Shown: piece after piece, positions 24,095-37,354 of the stretch
Layout: each line of letters starts with the position of its first letter
Position numbering within the stretch: the stretch's first letter is position 1
From: Phoronis australis
Lineage: Eukaryota; Animalia; Phoronida
Assembly (NCBI GenBank): GCA_002633005.1
Contig: NMRA01000498.1
Coordinates: 1 to 50,092, forward strand
Length of the DNA stretch: 50,092 bases
Direction: 5' to 3'
Notes under the pieces: model-generated
The model's database searches: none
What the model was told of the DNA's origin: nothing
The model's input: the letters and a program-made list of their open reading frames with translations, nothing else
Position numbers and translations under genes: made by a program

Positions 24095-26365
24095 GAAGAA
24101 ATGTTCAATTTTTTCTGCAGTCCTTTCACACTATAAGAAAATAAAACCAAATCATCAGCAAACAGCAGATGCAATAATTCAGCTGATCCCATAGAAATTG
24201 TTTCACCTCCCCTGGATTCTAATTCTTGTTCGAGATCGTTTATAAATAAAATAAACAAAAACGGTGATAGCTGAGAGCCTTGTTTTAGACCATTATGACA
24301 ATCAAAGAACTCCGTGTAGCTTCCGTTACTCATTCTCACGGACGCTTTTACTTCAGCGTACATTGCTTTTATTATCTTACACATCTTACCTTCTATGCGA
24401 TTGTTTCTTAATTTAAAATACAATGCGCTTCTATATATACTGTCATAAGCTGCCTTAAAATCCACGAAAGCACAATAGAATCTACCTTTATCTCATGTCA
24501 AATATTTAATTATTAACGTATATAAAGCAAACATGTGATCCACCGTACTGTGTCCTTTCCTAAACGCAGCTTGAGACATACTAATTACGTTTTCTCTTTC
24601 CGACCATTTTTGAAGTCGCTGGCACAATATTTTTTCGAATATTTTGGCCGTGACTTGCATGAGGGATATTCCTCTGAAATTTTCAGGAATTTTGGTACCG
24701 CCCTTAAATATCGGTACTATAATGGATTTTGTCCATTCTTTTGGAAACACACCATTTTTAAAAAAGTAGTTGTAAAGCTGGAACAGCGAATCTACCAACT
24801 TTTTATCAGCATACTTGTAGAACTCAATGCTAATTTTATCACATCCTGGCGAAGTTCCATCTTTCATACTACCGATGGTTTGTATAATTTCGTCTTTTGT
24901 GATTTCAGCGTCCAACTCCATATCAACAACTGCATTACTTGAATTGATGTCATTTTTTACTGAGTTCTCAATAAAAGCATGAAACTCAGCGAACTCCGGA
25001 TTAGTAACAAAATATTGGCCTTCGAACAGAGAGCTGAAATAATTTATCCATTCCTCCGGTTTAATATTCGTTGATACACCTTTCTTCTTAATATTAAATG
25101 CGCGCCAGAATTTTTTACTGTCTTTACTCTCCACAGCTGATTTTAAAGTTTTGTAATGTTTTCTTTTACACTCTATCTGTTTCACTTTTTTTAAGTTTCC
25201 ATAATCCCTTCTAGCTTGTACATATAGAGTTCGGCAAATGTTTTCTCTCAGTGTTCCAATACTGAATCTAAAATTACATAATTTTTGCCTAACGACAGCT
25301 CTCATCTCCCTACAATCAGCGTCAAACCATTTGGGAAAACTAACTGGGTTATAAGATATGTTCACTTTTGGTTTTAACATGTCTGCAGCACATAATTTAA
25401 TGGCTTCCATTAAACTTTCTACACTTGAATCTATGGTCGAGGGTAAATGACTCTGCACGTCAGCGAGCAACTGATCCACCTCCGGGCTCGACCAGTTTTC
25501 TGCATATCTTAGGCTCAACCCCTCGTTCCATTTATAAACATTTTCATTCTGTTCACCTCGAACCCAGTTGTTTTGCTGCGTCTTACACATACTAAAAATC
25601 AATGGGAAGTGCGCAGTCGATTCACATATTTCACCGATTTCAAAACCGTCCACACAGTACAATAAATCCTTGCTCATCATGACATAATCAACAACACTAC
25701 ATCCATTATAAGTTACACATGTTACACTACCAATGTCTGCATCTTTCCCTACTCTTCCATTCAGAATTCTTATCTCATTTCTTTGACAAAAATCTAATAA
25801 TTCTGTACCAAACTCATTTACCTCACCATTATCTTGTGAGGTCCTACAACACAGGCGATCTTCTACATAACCAACACAATCAAAAATAGCACTGGATTCA
25901 TCCATATACTTAATACTGTCATCTGCAATAAAGTCTGGCCTGTTACACGTACGAGCATTAAAATCGCCCATAATTAAAAAAGGTGACAATCCCCTCTCAT
26001 TTCAGCAGTATAACCTTGTACCTCCCGCTCAAGTGTTTTCATTATTTCCAAATTTTTACTTGAACTTTTTGGAGACTGATACACAACTGCAACTAAAACA
26101 GGATACAGATAATCGGGTAGGTCAAATTTTACCCATAAAACGTCACACGAACTTGAAGGAAGCCTAATAGCCCCCAATAAATCCTTACAAAATAACACTA
26201 CACCACCAGAATTCTGAAATGCTCGAGGGTGTTTATTTCTCACCGACCCAAAACACTTGTACCCTTCCAGTGTAAACTCATCTTCATTCATTCCCCATGT
26301 TTCAACAAAAGCGATAATATCATATGTACATATCATATTTACAAAATCAGATCTCTGTATTTTAT
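24095..26365 (-). pseudogene. RTEX-like non-LTR retrotransposon ORF2 fragment (APE endonuclease plus reverse transcriptase), frameshifted and truncated at both ends
   Basis: ORFs 25974-26336, 24493-25989 and 24073-24465: APE motifs ETW, SGGV, GDFNAR, LNGR...D...G, SVVDY; PKWFDADC; RT motifs NFRGISL, QAAFRKG, DFKAAYDS, GLKQGSQLSP, LFADD. LINE call is firm; clade is inferred. Confidence 0.88.
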
Positions 26366-27014
26366 GCTACAGTGCACTCTATGTTGACTGAACTTGATGA
26401 CACAATTGATAAGCCATTGTATTCTGCATACCAGTACTAGCCTAACCCTTAGTCCTAAACACCTGGCCCTATTGTTCACTCTTGACTTTTGTTTACAAAA
26501 TAATCCAGTCCAGTCTACACCCTGATTGCTTAGTTTAACTCCTGGTATAGCTCATTCATGTTTTAATGTTTAGCACAGAGTAAACTGTATTTCACTTGTT
26601 GAACCTTTTCTTGCTGTCATGCAGCTCTTGCTTGACAGTGCACATGTACTTTAATCTCCTCTTTTTCGAACCACTCATTTAAGCGTTTTATGGGGTTCAG
26701 TTTCTTTTCATGAATGTTTTCATCGTTGGTTTCTAATTCGTTCAACTGCTTCCCAAAACTTCCATTTCTTCATAATATTAAAACTCCTGAGTCCTGAGTA
26801 TTGAGCAACACTCAACTATCCCTCTCAAAATGTTGCCCTTCCCGGATGTGACCTTCTCACTACATGAGTGTAAGTTGTGGTACACTACTGCACATGCACA
26901 AGGTCACCAGCACCAAAAGTTTTAAAATCACACCACCAAAACATTGATTGTTTCCATTTCAGAGAGCTCGCCTTGACAATTTCAAGAAGGTATACCACTT
27001 GACAGTTGCATTTA

Positions 27015-28804
27015 CCGTAATCGTTCGGGTTAACGCCCTGGGCGGTTAAATTGGCGAATCCAAAAAATTGGGGGAGGGCGGTTAACCGAGCAGTGGGCAG
27101 TTAAATCGAAAATCCACCTAAAGTAGGGGATGGGCGGTTAACCGAACATGGGCGCTTATTACGACAGACAACCGCCCTGGGCGGTTAATCTTACCTGGCG
27201 ATCTAAATCCCGACACGACAATCATACTCGGAACGCGTAGCCCTTTTCAAAGAGCTTTATCGTCANNNNNNNNNNNNNNNNNNNNNNNNNNNNNNNNNNN
27301 NNNNNNNNNNNNNNNNNNNNNNNNNNNNNNNNNNNNNNNNNNNNNNNNNNNNNNNNNNNNNNNNNNNNNNNNNNNNNNNNNNNNNNNNNNNNNNNNNNNN
27401 NNNNNNNNNNNNNNNNNNNNNNNNNNNNNNNNNNNNNNNNNNNNNNNNNNNNNNNNNNNNNNNNNNNNNNNNNNNNNNNNNNNNNNNNNNNNNNNNNNNN
27501 NNNNNNNNNNNNNNNNNNNNNNNNNNNNNNNNNNNNNNNNNNNNNNNNNNNNNNNNNNNNNNNNNNNNNNNNNNNNNNNNNNNNNNNNNNNNNNNNNNNN
27601 NNNNNNNNNNNNNNNNNNNNNNNNNNNNNNNNNNNNNNNNNNNNNNNNNNNNNNNNNNNNNNNNNNNNNNNNNNNNNNNNNNNNNNNNNNNNNNNNNNNN
27701 NNNNNNNNNNNNNNNNNNNNNNNNNNNNNNNNNNNNNNNNNNNNNNNNNNNNNNNNNNNNNNNNNNNNNNNNNNNNNNNNNNNNNNNNNNNNNNNNNNNN
27801 NNNNNNNNNNNNNNNNNNNNNNNNNNNNNNNNNNNNNNNNNNNNNNNNNNNNNNNNNNNNNNNNNNNNNNNNNNNNNNNNNNNNNNNNNNNNNNNNNNNN
27901 NNNNNNNNNNNNNNNNNNNNNNNNNNNNNNNNNNNNNNNNNNNNNNNNNNNNNNNNNNNNNNNNNNNNNNNNNNNNNNNNNNNNNNNNNNNNNNNNNNNN
28001 NNNNNNNNNNNNNNNNNNNNNNNNNNNNNNNNNNNNNNNNNNNNNNNNNNNNNNNNNNNNNNNNNNNNNNNNNNNNNNNNNNNNNNNNNNNNNNNNNNNN
28101 NNNNNNNNNNNNNNNNNNNNNNNNNNNNNNNNNNNNNNNNNNNNNNNNNNNNNNNNNNNNNNNNNNNNNNNNNNNCGGCAGTTATATTCATCAAAATATT
28201 GAGAATTTGACATCTTTCCGTGAGTTGTGAGATTTGTTCAAAATACGAGAGCTTCCCACCTTAATAGAATTTGGAGGGTTGGCAAAACCATTGTCACATT
28301 TCTCTGGCCTGATTTTTTCGAATATATGTTTTATCAAGTGCACTGCAGACGGAAACTCAGCGCGGCAGACAAAGTCGCTGAAAGCGGAGGTTTTGACGCC
28401 GGCGGCGTTCTTAAACTTTGCAAACAAGGGAAGAAAATAAAGTGACAAAAAGGTTCAAGTATTATATTTTGAAATGACTTCATGACCCAAGACAATAACT
28501 CGTTACCTGTATTGTAATTCAGATTGCTAAACCACCGTCTCGGAGTCCCGGCGTCGTTGCACTCATTGTGATCATCGATCTTTTTCTAAAAGTCGGGTAA
28601 TCGCGCGTTTCCTTAGCACTAGGCGCTAAATCTTCATTCTTTAAAAGTGGGGATGGGCGCTTAACCGAGAGGTGGGCGCTTAACTGGAAATCTTCAAAAA
28701 TCGCAGGGGGCGCTTAACCGAGCAGTGGGCGGTTAAATCGAAAATCCACTTAAAGTCGGGGATGGGCGGTTAACTGAGCATGGGCGTTAACTGAACGATT
28801 ACGG
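27015..28804. mobile_element. TA-target MITE (pogo/Tc1-like) spanning the gap
   Basis: TIRs CCGTAATCGTTCGGGTTAACGCCC / GGGCGTTAACTGAACGATTACGG; TA on both flanks; subterminal GGGCG(G/C)TTAA repeats. Confidence 0.8.
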
Positions 28805-29934
28805 TATGTATACGTTGAAGTCTGGAGAATACAGACTTGATCAGGGCTTGAGATTTCCGTCTTTTAAGAGGAATTCTTTTTTGATGTCTATTTCCTCTTA
28901 TTTGATTTCCAGTTTCCTCTTTTTATCATTTTTTCGATTTTATTAAATGTTTAGTTCAGGTAAATTTTACAGCCAAAAATGTCTATCAGTAATCACACAA
29001 GCCTATTTTTTGTGTATCATACATCAGCTGGAAAAATCTCCTCTGTTTTTGTTATTGCTCATTCCAAGCTCTGCTTATTTTTCGTGAAGTAACTAGAATG
29101 GATTTCATAACATACCAGTTTATTGAGCTGGATTCTTGTTGGGTTTATGAACTGTAAACTATCACTAATAAAAATATCCATGTAAGTCATAGGAGCATAG
29201 GATGATAATAGCCACCTTTCTTAAGTTCACACAAAAATAGAGTATAAAATTCCAAACATAATTTCGAGTTCCATTTCTTGTAAAAAGATCAATGACAGGG
29301 CCCAGGTATCTATTCCAGTATTTTTGGCACTTAATGTTTGAAAGTGTTGTACTGTGTTTGGAAATTTGTTTGAAAAGCTTTTTTTTCTGCTCAACAGCTT
29401 ATGACCTTACTGCAGGGCCCCACCAGAGCATTTATTAGAGTGTCCTCCACTCATTTCGAATGTCCTATGTATATCAAATGCTCTGAGATGCCAGGGTAGT
29501 ATTCTGCATGCAGCTTTGTTGACCATTGTGGTCAGTGAGAATGTCCTACTTGCATGTATATGAATGCATAGTATGATATGTGCCTGGTATTCAGTGAATG
29601 ACCTGGATGCTTCATGCAGCTAGGACATTCACAACTAGGGAGAATATTTTACTTTTTCTCCAGATGTGCATCTCATTCATGTACTAAATCAGTATTGCCT
29701 GTGTGGTTTTGGAAATGTGTAAGCCGCTTGTGTTGTTTCCGCATTGTTGAGATTGAAATGCTAGTTTTGCTCCTATAAAACTAGGGGTGTATTTATTGCG
29801 ACAAGTGTCCCCAATATTTTTGTTACTAGTTTATTGTTTAACCAGTGTATTTATTACTTGGCGAAATTCTTTGAAGTATGTTGCTCTTCCTATAAGTTTG
29901 TTTTTTACTCAAGTATGTTGGTCTGACAGGGAGT

Positions 29935-32060
29935 TTGTTTTTTTTGTTCGCTCTCTACAGGTCGCAATTTTCGTCCGATTTTCACGCAACGTGTAGATCG
30001 GGAACTGCTAGAACGCTATTGTTTTTGGTCATGATCGGATACAAAATGGCGGAGGTGGCGGCCATTTTGTATCCGATTTCACAGTCAAATACTCGTATAG
30101 GCCGCATTTTTCGATCTACATGGCTGAAAATCGGTACGAATATACTAGAACGCATGTGCTACAATTGTGCAGAAAATCGTTTACTTCCGGTTAAAGATGG
30201 CGGAAATATTGGACGTGGCGCATGCTCACCCCGAAATATGGCCAAAAACGTTTTCTCCTGTAGAGGGCGTATTTGCAAATCAATTACTTTCAAACTGGTC
30301 ACGTGTTTGTTGAGTTAATAAGCTTTTATAAAAAATTATTGAACCGGAAATCACTTTCAAGATGGCAGCTGTGGGGCATGTACACACGGTTTCAATCGCT
30401 CTGGTGTCGCATTTTTCATGGGAAGAGCAAATGACGCGAATTTTTGCATGTGGATTCCTTGAAGTACGGCCTTTCAAAAAGTTTGGGAGAGCATATTTCT
30501 CAGACTTACCGTTTTCGAGTTATTTAACTTTGAATTTTAAAAAAAAACGGCAAAGTTTTAATTTTCTCGAAAATTTTTTGGATTTTTGCCAAACTACCAC
30601 TTTAGATAGAGTTTTGAACGGGCTTTCAGGAGATATTTTCCATTTTGCGCTACGACATCTACTTTTTGAATTATTCGAAATTTTCGGATACCGTTGTTCC
30701 TTCGGTCACACGCAGCTGGCTGGCTTTCAGCTCACTTTGTGTTGGTTATGCCTAGCTGACCCAGACTGACCCAGCCAGCACTGTCCTACTGCAAAGCATG
30801 CCTCGTCCGTAATGTTGCGCCATCTATTGTTCTTTATTGTAGTTGATTATGCTCTATCAAAGTACGTAGAGTTGTGGACGGGCTTTCAGACGATATTTTC
30901 CATTTTGTGCTACAATGTCTACTTTTGAATTATTCGAGATTTTCGGATACCGTTGTTCCTTCGTTCACTTATGCAAGCACACAGCTGGCTGGCATTCAGT
31001 TCACTTTATTTTGGTTATGCCTAGTTGACCCAGACTGACCCAGCCAGCACTGTCCTACTGCAGACTGGACCGTCATGTTGCGCCATCTATTGTTCTTTAT
31101 TGTAGTTGATTGTATGCTCTCTATTTGATTTCTTCGCTAGTCACATGAATGTTATCGTGTTTGCCAAACTACCACTTTAGATAGAGTTTTGAACGGGCTT
31201 TCATTCTTTATTGTAGTTGATTGTATGCCCTCTATTTGATTTCTTCGCTAGTCACATGAATGATATCGTGTTCGTCGTCTTTTCGATTAATTCCGCCAAG
31301 TGTCGCTCCTCCGAGCGCTCTCGTTTTGTTTGTTCGCACGATACAGGTCACAATTTTCGTCTGATCATCACGAAATTTACACATAACACGTAGTTCCGGA
31401 AGTACTGGAAGCCTATTGTTTTTTGTCAAAATCGGATCCAAGATGGCGGCTGTGGCAGCCCTTTTGTTTTCATTTTAAGATTCAAAGGCTTCTGGAGGCT
31501 ACAATTTTATACGTACAGAGCTGAAAATCAGCACAATTAATGGCCCGGATGTGCACTACATGTATACCGGAAATTGTTCACTTTTATTTAAAGATGGCGG
31601 AAATATCGGTGATCGCGCATGCGCACCTCGATTTTGGCCTAATAACGTTTTATCCTGTAGAGGGCGCATTAGAAGGCCAATTCCTTTGAAGTTTTATGGA
31701 TATTAGTTTTTTATGACATGCTATTATATCAATCCAAAAAACCGGAAGTTGCTTTCAAGATGGCGGCTCTTGACCCATTTTCAGTCGTACTTAGCTGCCA
31801 TTTAAACGGGAGAAGAAAATGACGTGAATTTTTGCATGTGGATTCTCTAAGGTATACTCTTTCAAACGAGCTATAACAATTTTTTCTCAGACTTACCGTT
31901 TTCGAGTTATTTGACTTTGAATTTCTTTAAAAAACGCAAAATTCCATTTTTTTCGAAAAATTTATGGAATTAGGCGATACCATCAGTTTAGATAGGATTT
32001 TGAACGGGCTTTCAGAAGATGTTTTCCATTTTTCGCTAGGACGTCTACTTTTTGATTGTT
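29935..32060 (+). repeat. Two diverged ~740-bp copies of a HINE-like repeat ('repeat C') with local tandem duplications between them
   Basis: ~29940-30680 vs ~31325-32060 share TACAGGTC.CAATTTTCGTC, CCTGTAGAGGGCG, CTCAGACTTACCGTTTTCGAGTTATTT and TTTTGAACGGGCTTTCAG; duplications at ~30605-30850 / 30865-31110. Confidence 0.75.
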
Positions 32061-32890
32061 ACATGTTCATCGTATAAAGTGTATTGTTTATATTGCAGAG
32101 TTTATTATCGTTAGTTTCAAAGATCTCCCTAGGTTATCTCAACAGTACTTAGTGCGCGTTTTGCTCATCCTGTGAAGTGTTATATTTATACTGAAGAGTT
32201 TATCATTGCTAGTGCCTGTGTCCCTTATTGCTTTTCTCATAATATGAACAACTAGTCATTTTAACGTTTCAAATTCTCATGTACAATATATATTACACTA
32301 TTCAGAAATCTTACTGTTATTTTCATTGCGAAAGCACTAATCTGAAGAGTGTCCTACTTGTTGTGTGGAATGCACATAACGCATTGTTAAAGCGAGGTGA
32401 TCGTATGCCGCTGGGTTTTTGTTTTCTTACTCTACTCATTGTGAACGCAGTGCCTGTAACTCGCATTTATTCCTAAGTTTATGCAATCATTTTGAATTAC
32501 AAAACATGAAACCCTGGGAACCGGTGGGGCAGTTAAATTTGGACATCGTCAATATATACGTGACATTTGAAGTAGTAGCCTGTTGTAGGGGGCCACGACC
32601 AAAAATATGGGTACACATCACATGTCTTAACCACAAAAACTAAGTGAAAGAGTTACTTTTTCAGGCAAGCGATGCGTTGCGCACTTTGGTTGTTTTTGTC
32701 CGTTTTAGGTGGCACGAGGCGCTTTTTCTTTGACGATTTTGCTGAGGGAATGTTTCAGAAAATCGTACTGTAAGTCATTTTTTCTGTGCCTGTTAATTTA
32801 GGTACACAGCAACTGAAAAAATGGATAAATCGCGTCATTTTAAATCTCCATATCACTCCGTTATGGCCACTTCGACTTGGATGGATTTTG

Positions 32891-33458
32891 GCTCTTTCAA
32901 ACACTCCACCATGTTCTATTTTTGAAGTTCGTTAACGAAAACGCGTACCTGGATTTTAAGGTTCGCGCCCTCCCCCTCGAGTTTTAGTTGGCAATTTTTA
33001 CATGAAGATGATGGTGATATTTACGCGTTCCTTGACGAGAATTCTATCAAGTCAAGTTTTGCCCAATTCAGCTTTCCATTCATTTTTATACCGCGTATGG
33101 TCTGGCAAAATATGATACCTCGGTTTTTGGCCATAACACTAGTTATAGGAATCTGATTATGAGTGCGCAAGAAAAAAGGGAACATATTTGTAACATTTCA
33201 TTTACTCAAAGTTAATGAGCCTAAACGTCAGAAAATATTTGTTTTCTCTTTCTCGCTTATAATGATTTTCAAGGGTTTCCATTAGTCAGTTTCGGCAAAC
33301 GCTACCGAATGGATGATCAACTACGCACTTATTTGCTCTCCGTTTTAACGTTGATCATCGTCAATACACCTCTAAAAATCACGCATTGTCTTTGCGCAAA
33401 CTACATTGAGATTTAAGTCTCCCGAAAAAGTTTGTGATTGGATAGTGTTTGAAAGTCT
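32891..33458. mobile_element. Possible MITE
   Basis: Inverted CTTTCAAACACT / AGTGTTTGAAAG; no clean TSD. Confidence 0.35.
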
Positions 33459-33660
33459 AATTCTAAATTTCTCCAGTTAGTGCACCAATGAAGTAAATGA
33501 AAGTAGTTCTGCATGTCGCGTCAGCTGTTGGTATCATTATCTCAATTTATGACCCACAATGCGTGACTGGACAAAGCCTATTCAAATTAGTGTAGATAAG
33601 CCGGTGGAGCGCGAGACCCCTGAGGTCCCAATCGAGTCCTCACGACAACTCCGCGTTATG

Positions 33661-34238
33661 CACTTACTAAATTTAAAAGATCCTACAGTGGGTTAAGGAG
33701 ATATAGCTATGGGCGCAAAACAAAACAAAACTACCACTACGAGGCACCACAGTAGTCGAAGTCGTCATTGTAAACCGTCCTGTTCACACTGAGAACATAT
33801 ACTATACGCCAATTTTCAAAATCATCCTTAGAATGGTTTCGTTGATAGGGGGGAGGACGCCAAAACAACACAATCGAAAGCAGCAAAAATGGCCACTAGG
33901 TGGTGCAAAATACCTTGATTCCATTCGACAACTAAAGAATACTTACATTCCAAATTTTATAAAAATACGTTGACCTTTTAAGATACAGAGGTAAACTTAG
34001 TGTAAGAACTACAATTGCCAATAGGGGGCACACCGGTAGTTAGATGGGTTCGAAAGTCGTCATTCCTTCTAAACTTCATATAAATATACTTGCTACATTT
34101 AATAAATATCATGCAGAGCATTTATGAGATACAGCCATAGGCGCAAAATCAAACAAAACTGCAACTTGCAGGCGCCAAAGTAGTTGAGGACAACAGACAA
34201 TCATCATCAGCTGCCCTCTTTATAGTAAGAGCATACAT
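33661..34238 (-). repeat. Repeat A segment (continues at 40681-40790)
   Basis: Standard modules; broken at CATACAT|CAATTTTCAC by repeat B. Confidence 0.8.
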
Positions 34239-34460
34239 AACTAGAAAGATTATTGTCACGGCCCGACCATAATGGACTCTGTGCATGCGTACTACTAGGA
34301 TTGTTATGGGACGTTATTGACAGTAACCCGTTTACCAATATGAGAAAAAATTCCTTAAAATTGTAGGAGAAATTACACGTTAATATTTTGATGACCTTTC
34401 CACTAATTGACCTCTTCCGGTGCATTATAAGCCCCGATGAGGGAAAATTCTAAACTCAAT

Positions 34461-36343
34461 AGCGGAGTTGCAACGCCACCATATTGGAAATGGGTCAGAA
34501 TGTTGCATTATGGTTAAGCCGGTAAACAAGTACGTCGGCAAGCGTGGGGCGAACCGGTCACAGGGAGGTTATACGTGTTGTGTGCCTGGCATGCTATAAT
34601 ACCAGTTAGCGAGATAAAAAAATTTAGTTACTACCTGTTTCCCAAGGATCAAGAACTGCGTTAAACATGGGTCAGAGACATCGGTAGAGCTGGTAGCAAA
34701 GACCAACTTCGTGAATTCTTTCAGACTTTGTAGCATAAACGTATCTTGGAAACTGCCCAACAATATCTCCCTTCAAAGAAACAGTAACAAATACTCCACG
34801 GCGGTTGGTAGTGAAAAAAAACTTGTTTTCGCTTGACCAGAACCAAGCCAACATGAGCAATTTTGAGGATAATGCCTCTGCACAATCACGTGTTCTGGGT
34901 CAACTCACTTTACATACGCACACTACATGTATTACACGCTAAGATAAAGTGCGCAGAATATTATTATTTACTTTCTATAAAATTGTGGTGTATTGCTATC
35001 AAAATTCGATCATTTTTCATAAAATTGTGTCCCAGGGCTAAATCTTGCCAACAGGTCTTGCAAGTCGATAGGGCTTGAATTCTTGAATAAGAGTACAGCT
35101 TCGACCCAACAAATTACCTGAACTCCTCCTCAAGTTTTCCAAATAGCGTCTCTAAGATTTTTAAGTTCTTGTGGAGTCTGGATTAACTGCAGATTAAGTC
35201 CAAATCTGCGCTAGATTGTAGCCCGCAACACGCAAAAAATCTCTGGAAGAACACACATGTTGTTGTCACGTGACGTTTGTTTTGAAGTTTGTATGCGTGT
35301 GTGTGAGAGTAAGCGTGCGTGTGCTTGTCATCAGAGTTTATTTGCCAGAGTAAATGCGATGTAATGATCTAGGTGTGCATATTATCCAAAGAAATTAACT
35401 CAAGCAGTCAAGCAGAGCGTGTTTTAATATTTAGCTTAGCACTTGCTGGCCTCATCTGCTAAAAACGTTTGAGAATTTTTTCCGCAAGACCGATATGTCA
35501 CTCATTGAGTCCCTGGGTGAGTGAGTGGATGCGTGACCGTAGTGTAACAGCTATTTTCCAAAAGATTTGAGGTGTAAAGGTGCGAAGTGGGTCACTTTGA
35601 CCTTAAAAATTATGATTAGTTAAATAATTTCTCTTAAAACTAATGCAAAAGTTTTTTACAGTATTACAAACTTTTGGAAATTAGTGCAAATATTCATTTG
35701 CCGATGCTATGTTACCCGTTTCATGAATAGATAGTTCCCGTGCTTCTTGGCCGCGTGCAAACACTGGTAGATTTTTTTGTTAGTCTTCCGATTCACTGTT
35801 TTCATGTGTACAAAGAAGTTTAGATTCCTGTTGAGGCCGGAGAAGATCTGTTCCGGAAAGAAACATTGCAATCCCACTGACAAGTACGCTGCTGTTTTCA
35901 AAGTCCAGACCCGCGCAGTGGGGCACATCCTTCGCAAGAGCAGCAAAACTTCTGCTTTCTTTTTGAATCGCAGCGTAAGTTTGAAGTGTATACGGACATA
36001 ACGGTGAGGCTCGTGGTCTACAAATTCAGGACTGTCAGAACTTTCAATTGATAAATTGGAGACGTTAGAACTTTAGATAAGGGCATTTTTCGCATGTAGT
36101 TCATGGGCTGGGCGCTTACTTTAGCAAAGTCTGAAAACGCGTTGGGGCACTTGTTGGGGCATGGGCGCTTATTACGGCAAATACCGGCAGAATTACATAC
36201 AGCACTGTAGTTTAATGTACACAAATCACACGTCGTGCAAACCTATCGACCATTCCATATACCCTAATCAATCCCAATAGCCTTTGCGCACCCCAATTTC
36301 CAGACATGCGCAATTGTTAAATCGATTCGGTTGCAACTTCGCT
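34461..36343 (+). mobile_element. ISL2EU/Harbinger-group-like element with AT TSD
   Basis: TIRs AGCGGAGTTGCAAC / GTTGCAACTTCGCT (13/14); AT duplicated; empty site visible in the sister copy (~39672 ATTAAAAGTGTGG). Confidence 0.75.
34510..34740 (+). pseudogene. THAP zinc-finger domain relic
   Basis: Manual translation across frameshifts and stops: MVKPVNKY...YTCCVPG/CYNTS*RDK...YYLFPKDQELR*TWVRDIGR...FRLCS. Confidence 0.75.
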
Positions 36344-37354
36344 ATTAAAAGTGTGGTTGATGCTAAGAATCACAGATGTTTTTTACTTTAAGCACTTCAG
36401 AATACAAGATGAATGAATTAGAAGAAAAATGCACCAAATGGCCTGAAAATTTAGAATTCAAACTCAATCGCATTTAGTAAACAGATATGTAATTTTAAAG
36501 TCTCTAGCTCAAAATTTTAGTTTGCACTCAATGACCTTCGACCTATTTTTTCTGATTGGTTAAGCCTATTGCGTAGTAAAGTAGGGTGTTCAATTGGCAT
36601 GTTGACTTACACCAGTGTGCTGAAACTGAAAAGAATTCCTTGAAAAATGTAGGATATAACATTTTGAACGTTGGAGGACCTTTGCACTAATTGACCCTAT
36701 CCGGTGCATTATAAGCATCTTTTAGAGAATTATTGCAAAGCCCGTGAAAAGTGTGTTAAATGCTGAGAATCACAGTTGTCAAATGGTTGACACATCAGAA
36801 TACTTGGTGAATGAAAAGGACTAATTTTCTGAAGAAAAATGCATCTGATGACCCCATGGTTGCACTAAATGACCTAAAACTTTGTATTTCGACTTGAATT
36901 AGACGTACCAATCAGACTTGTGAATTTTAAGTGTCTAGCTCAAAATTTTAGCACCTAATGACCTTTGACCTGTTTTATCTGATTGGATGATTTGATTACT
37001 TAGAAAAGTAATATTTTAAATTGCCATGATGACTTATACCTGTGGATTCAATTTGAAAACGATACCTTTAAAACTGAAGGAGTAGCATTTTGAAAATTAT
37101 ATGACCTTTGCACCAAATGACCTCTTCCAATGCAATATGGAATATGATTATATAATGAATCAAAATTTATGTAATACCAAAAATCACATGCAGAATTTAG
37201 AGAACATACCTGTACCCATTTTGGAGTTATTAAGCCTACAAGTTGGTCGGAAGAACAATAAGAAGAACTAGAAATGATATTTCACTCGTTAAATATATTT
37301 ATGTGAGAATATGGACTCGTCCCTCTTATACCCTCATCTTTCGGACTGGTCCAA

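Larger units (their letters stand above)
23946..33660. mobile_element. Unclassified 9.7-kb TIR-bounded insertion (CATAA...TTATG termini)
   Basis: Ends CATAAGGCTAAAACCTCGTGAG / CTCACGACAACTCCGCGTTATG; repeat A rejoins across it (CATATAAAT|CACTTACTAAATTT); both ends match the MITE at 48923-49200. Confidence 0.7.

Noticed and set aside
24535-24942. Plus-strand 135-aa ORF (also 37282-37527 and 38241-38477 on the minus strand)
   Set aside because: Antisense shadows of RT coding sequence.
27247-28213. Long ORFs of 315-316 aa
   Set aside because: Translations of the N-gap.
28842-29073. hAT-like MITE (CAGGGCTTG / CAAGCTCTG)
   Set aside because: Short imperfect TIR and no TSD; too weak to list.
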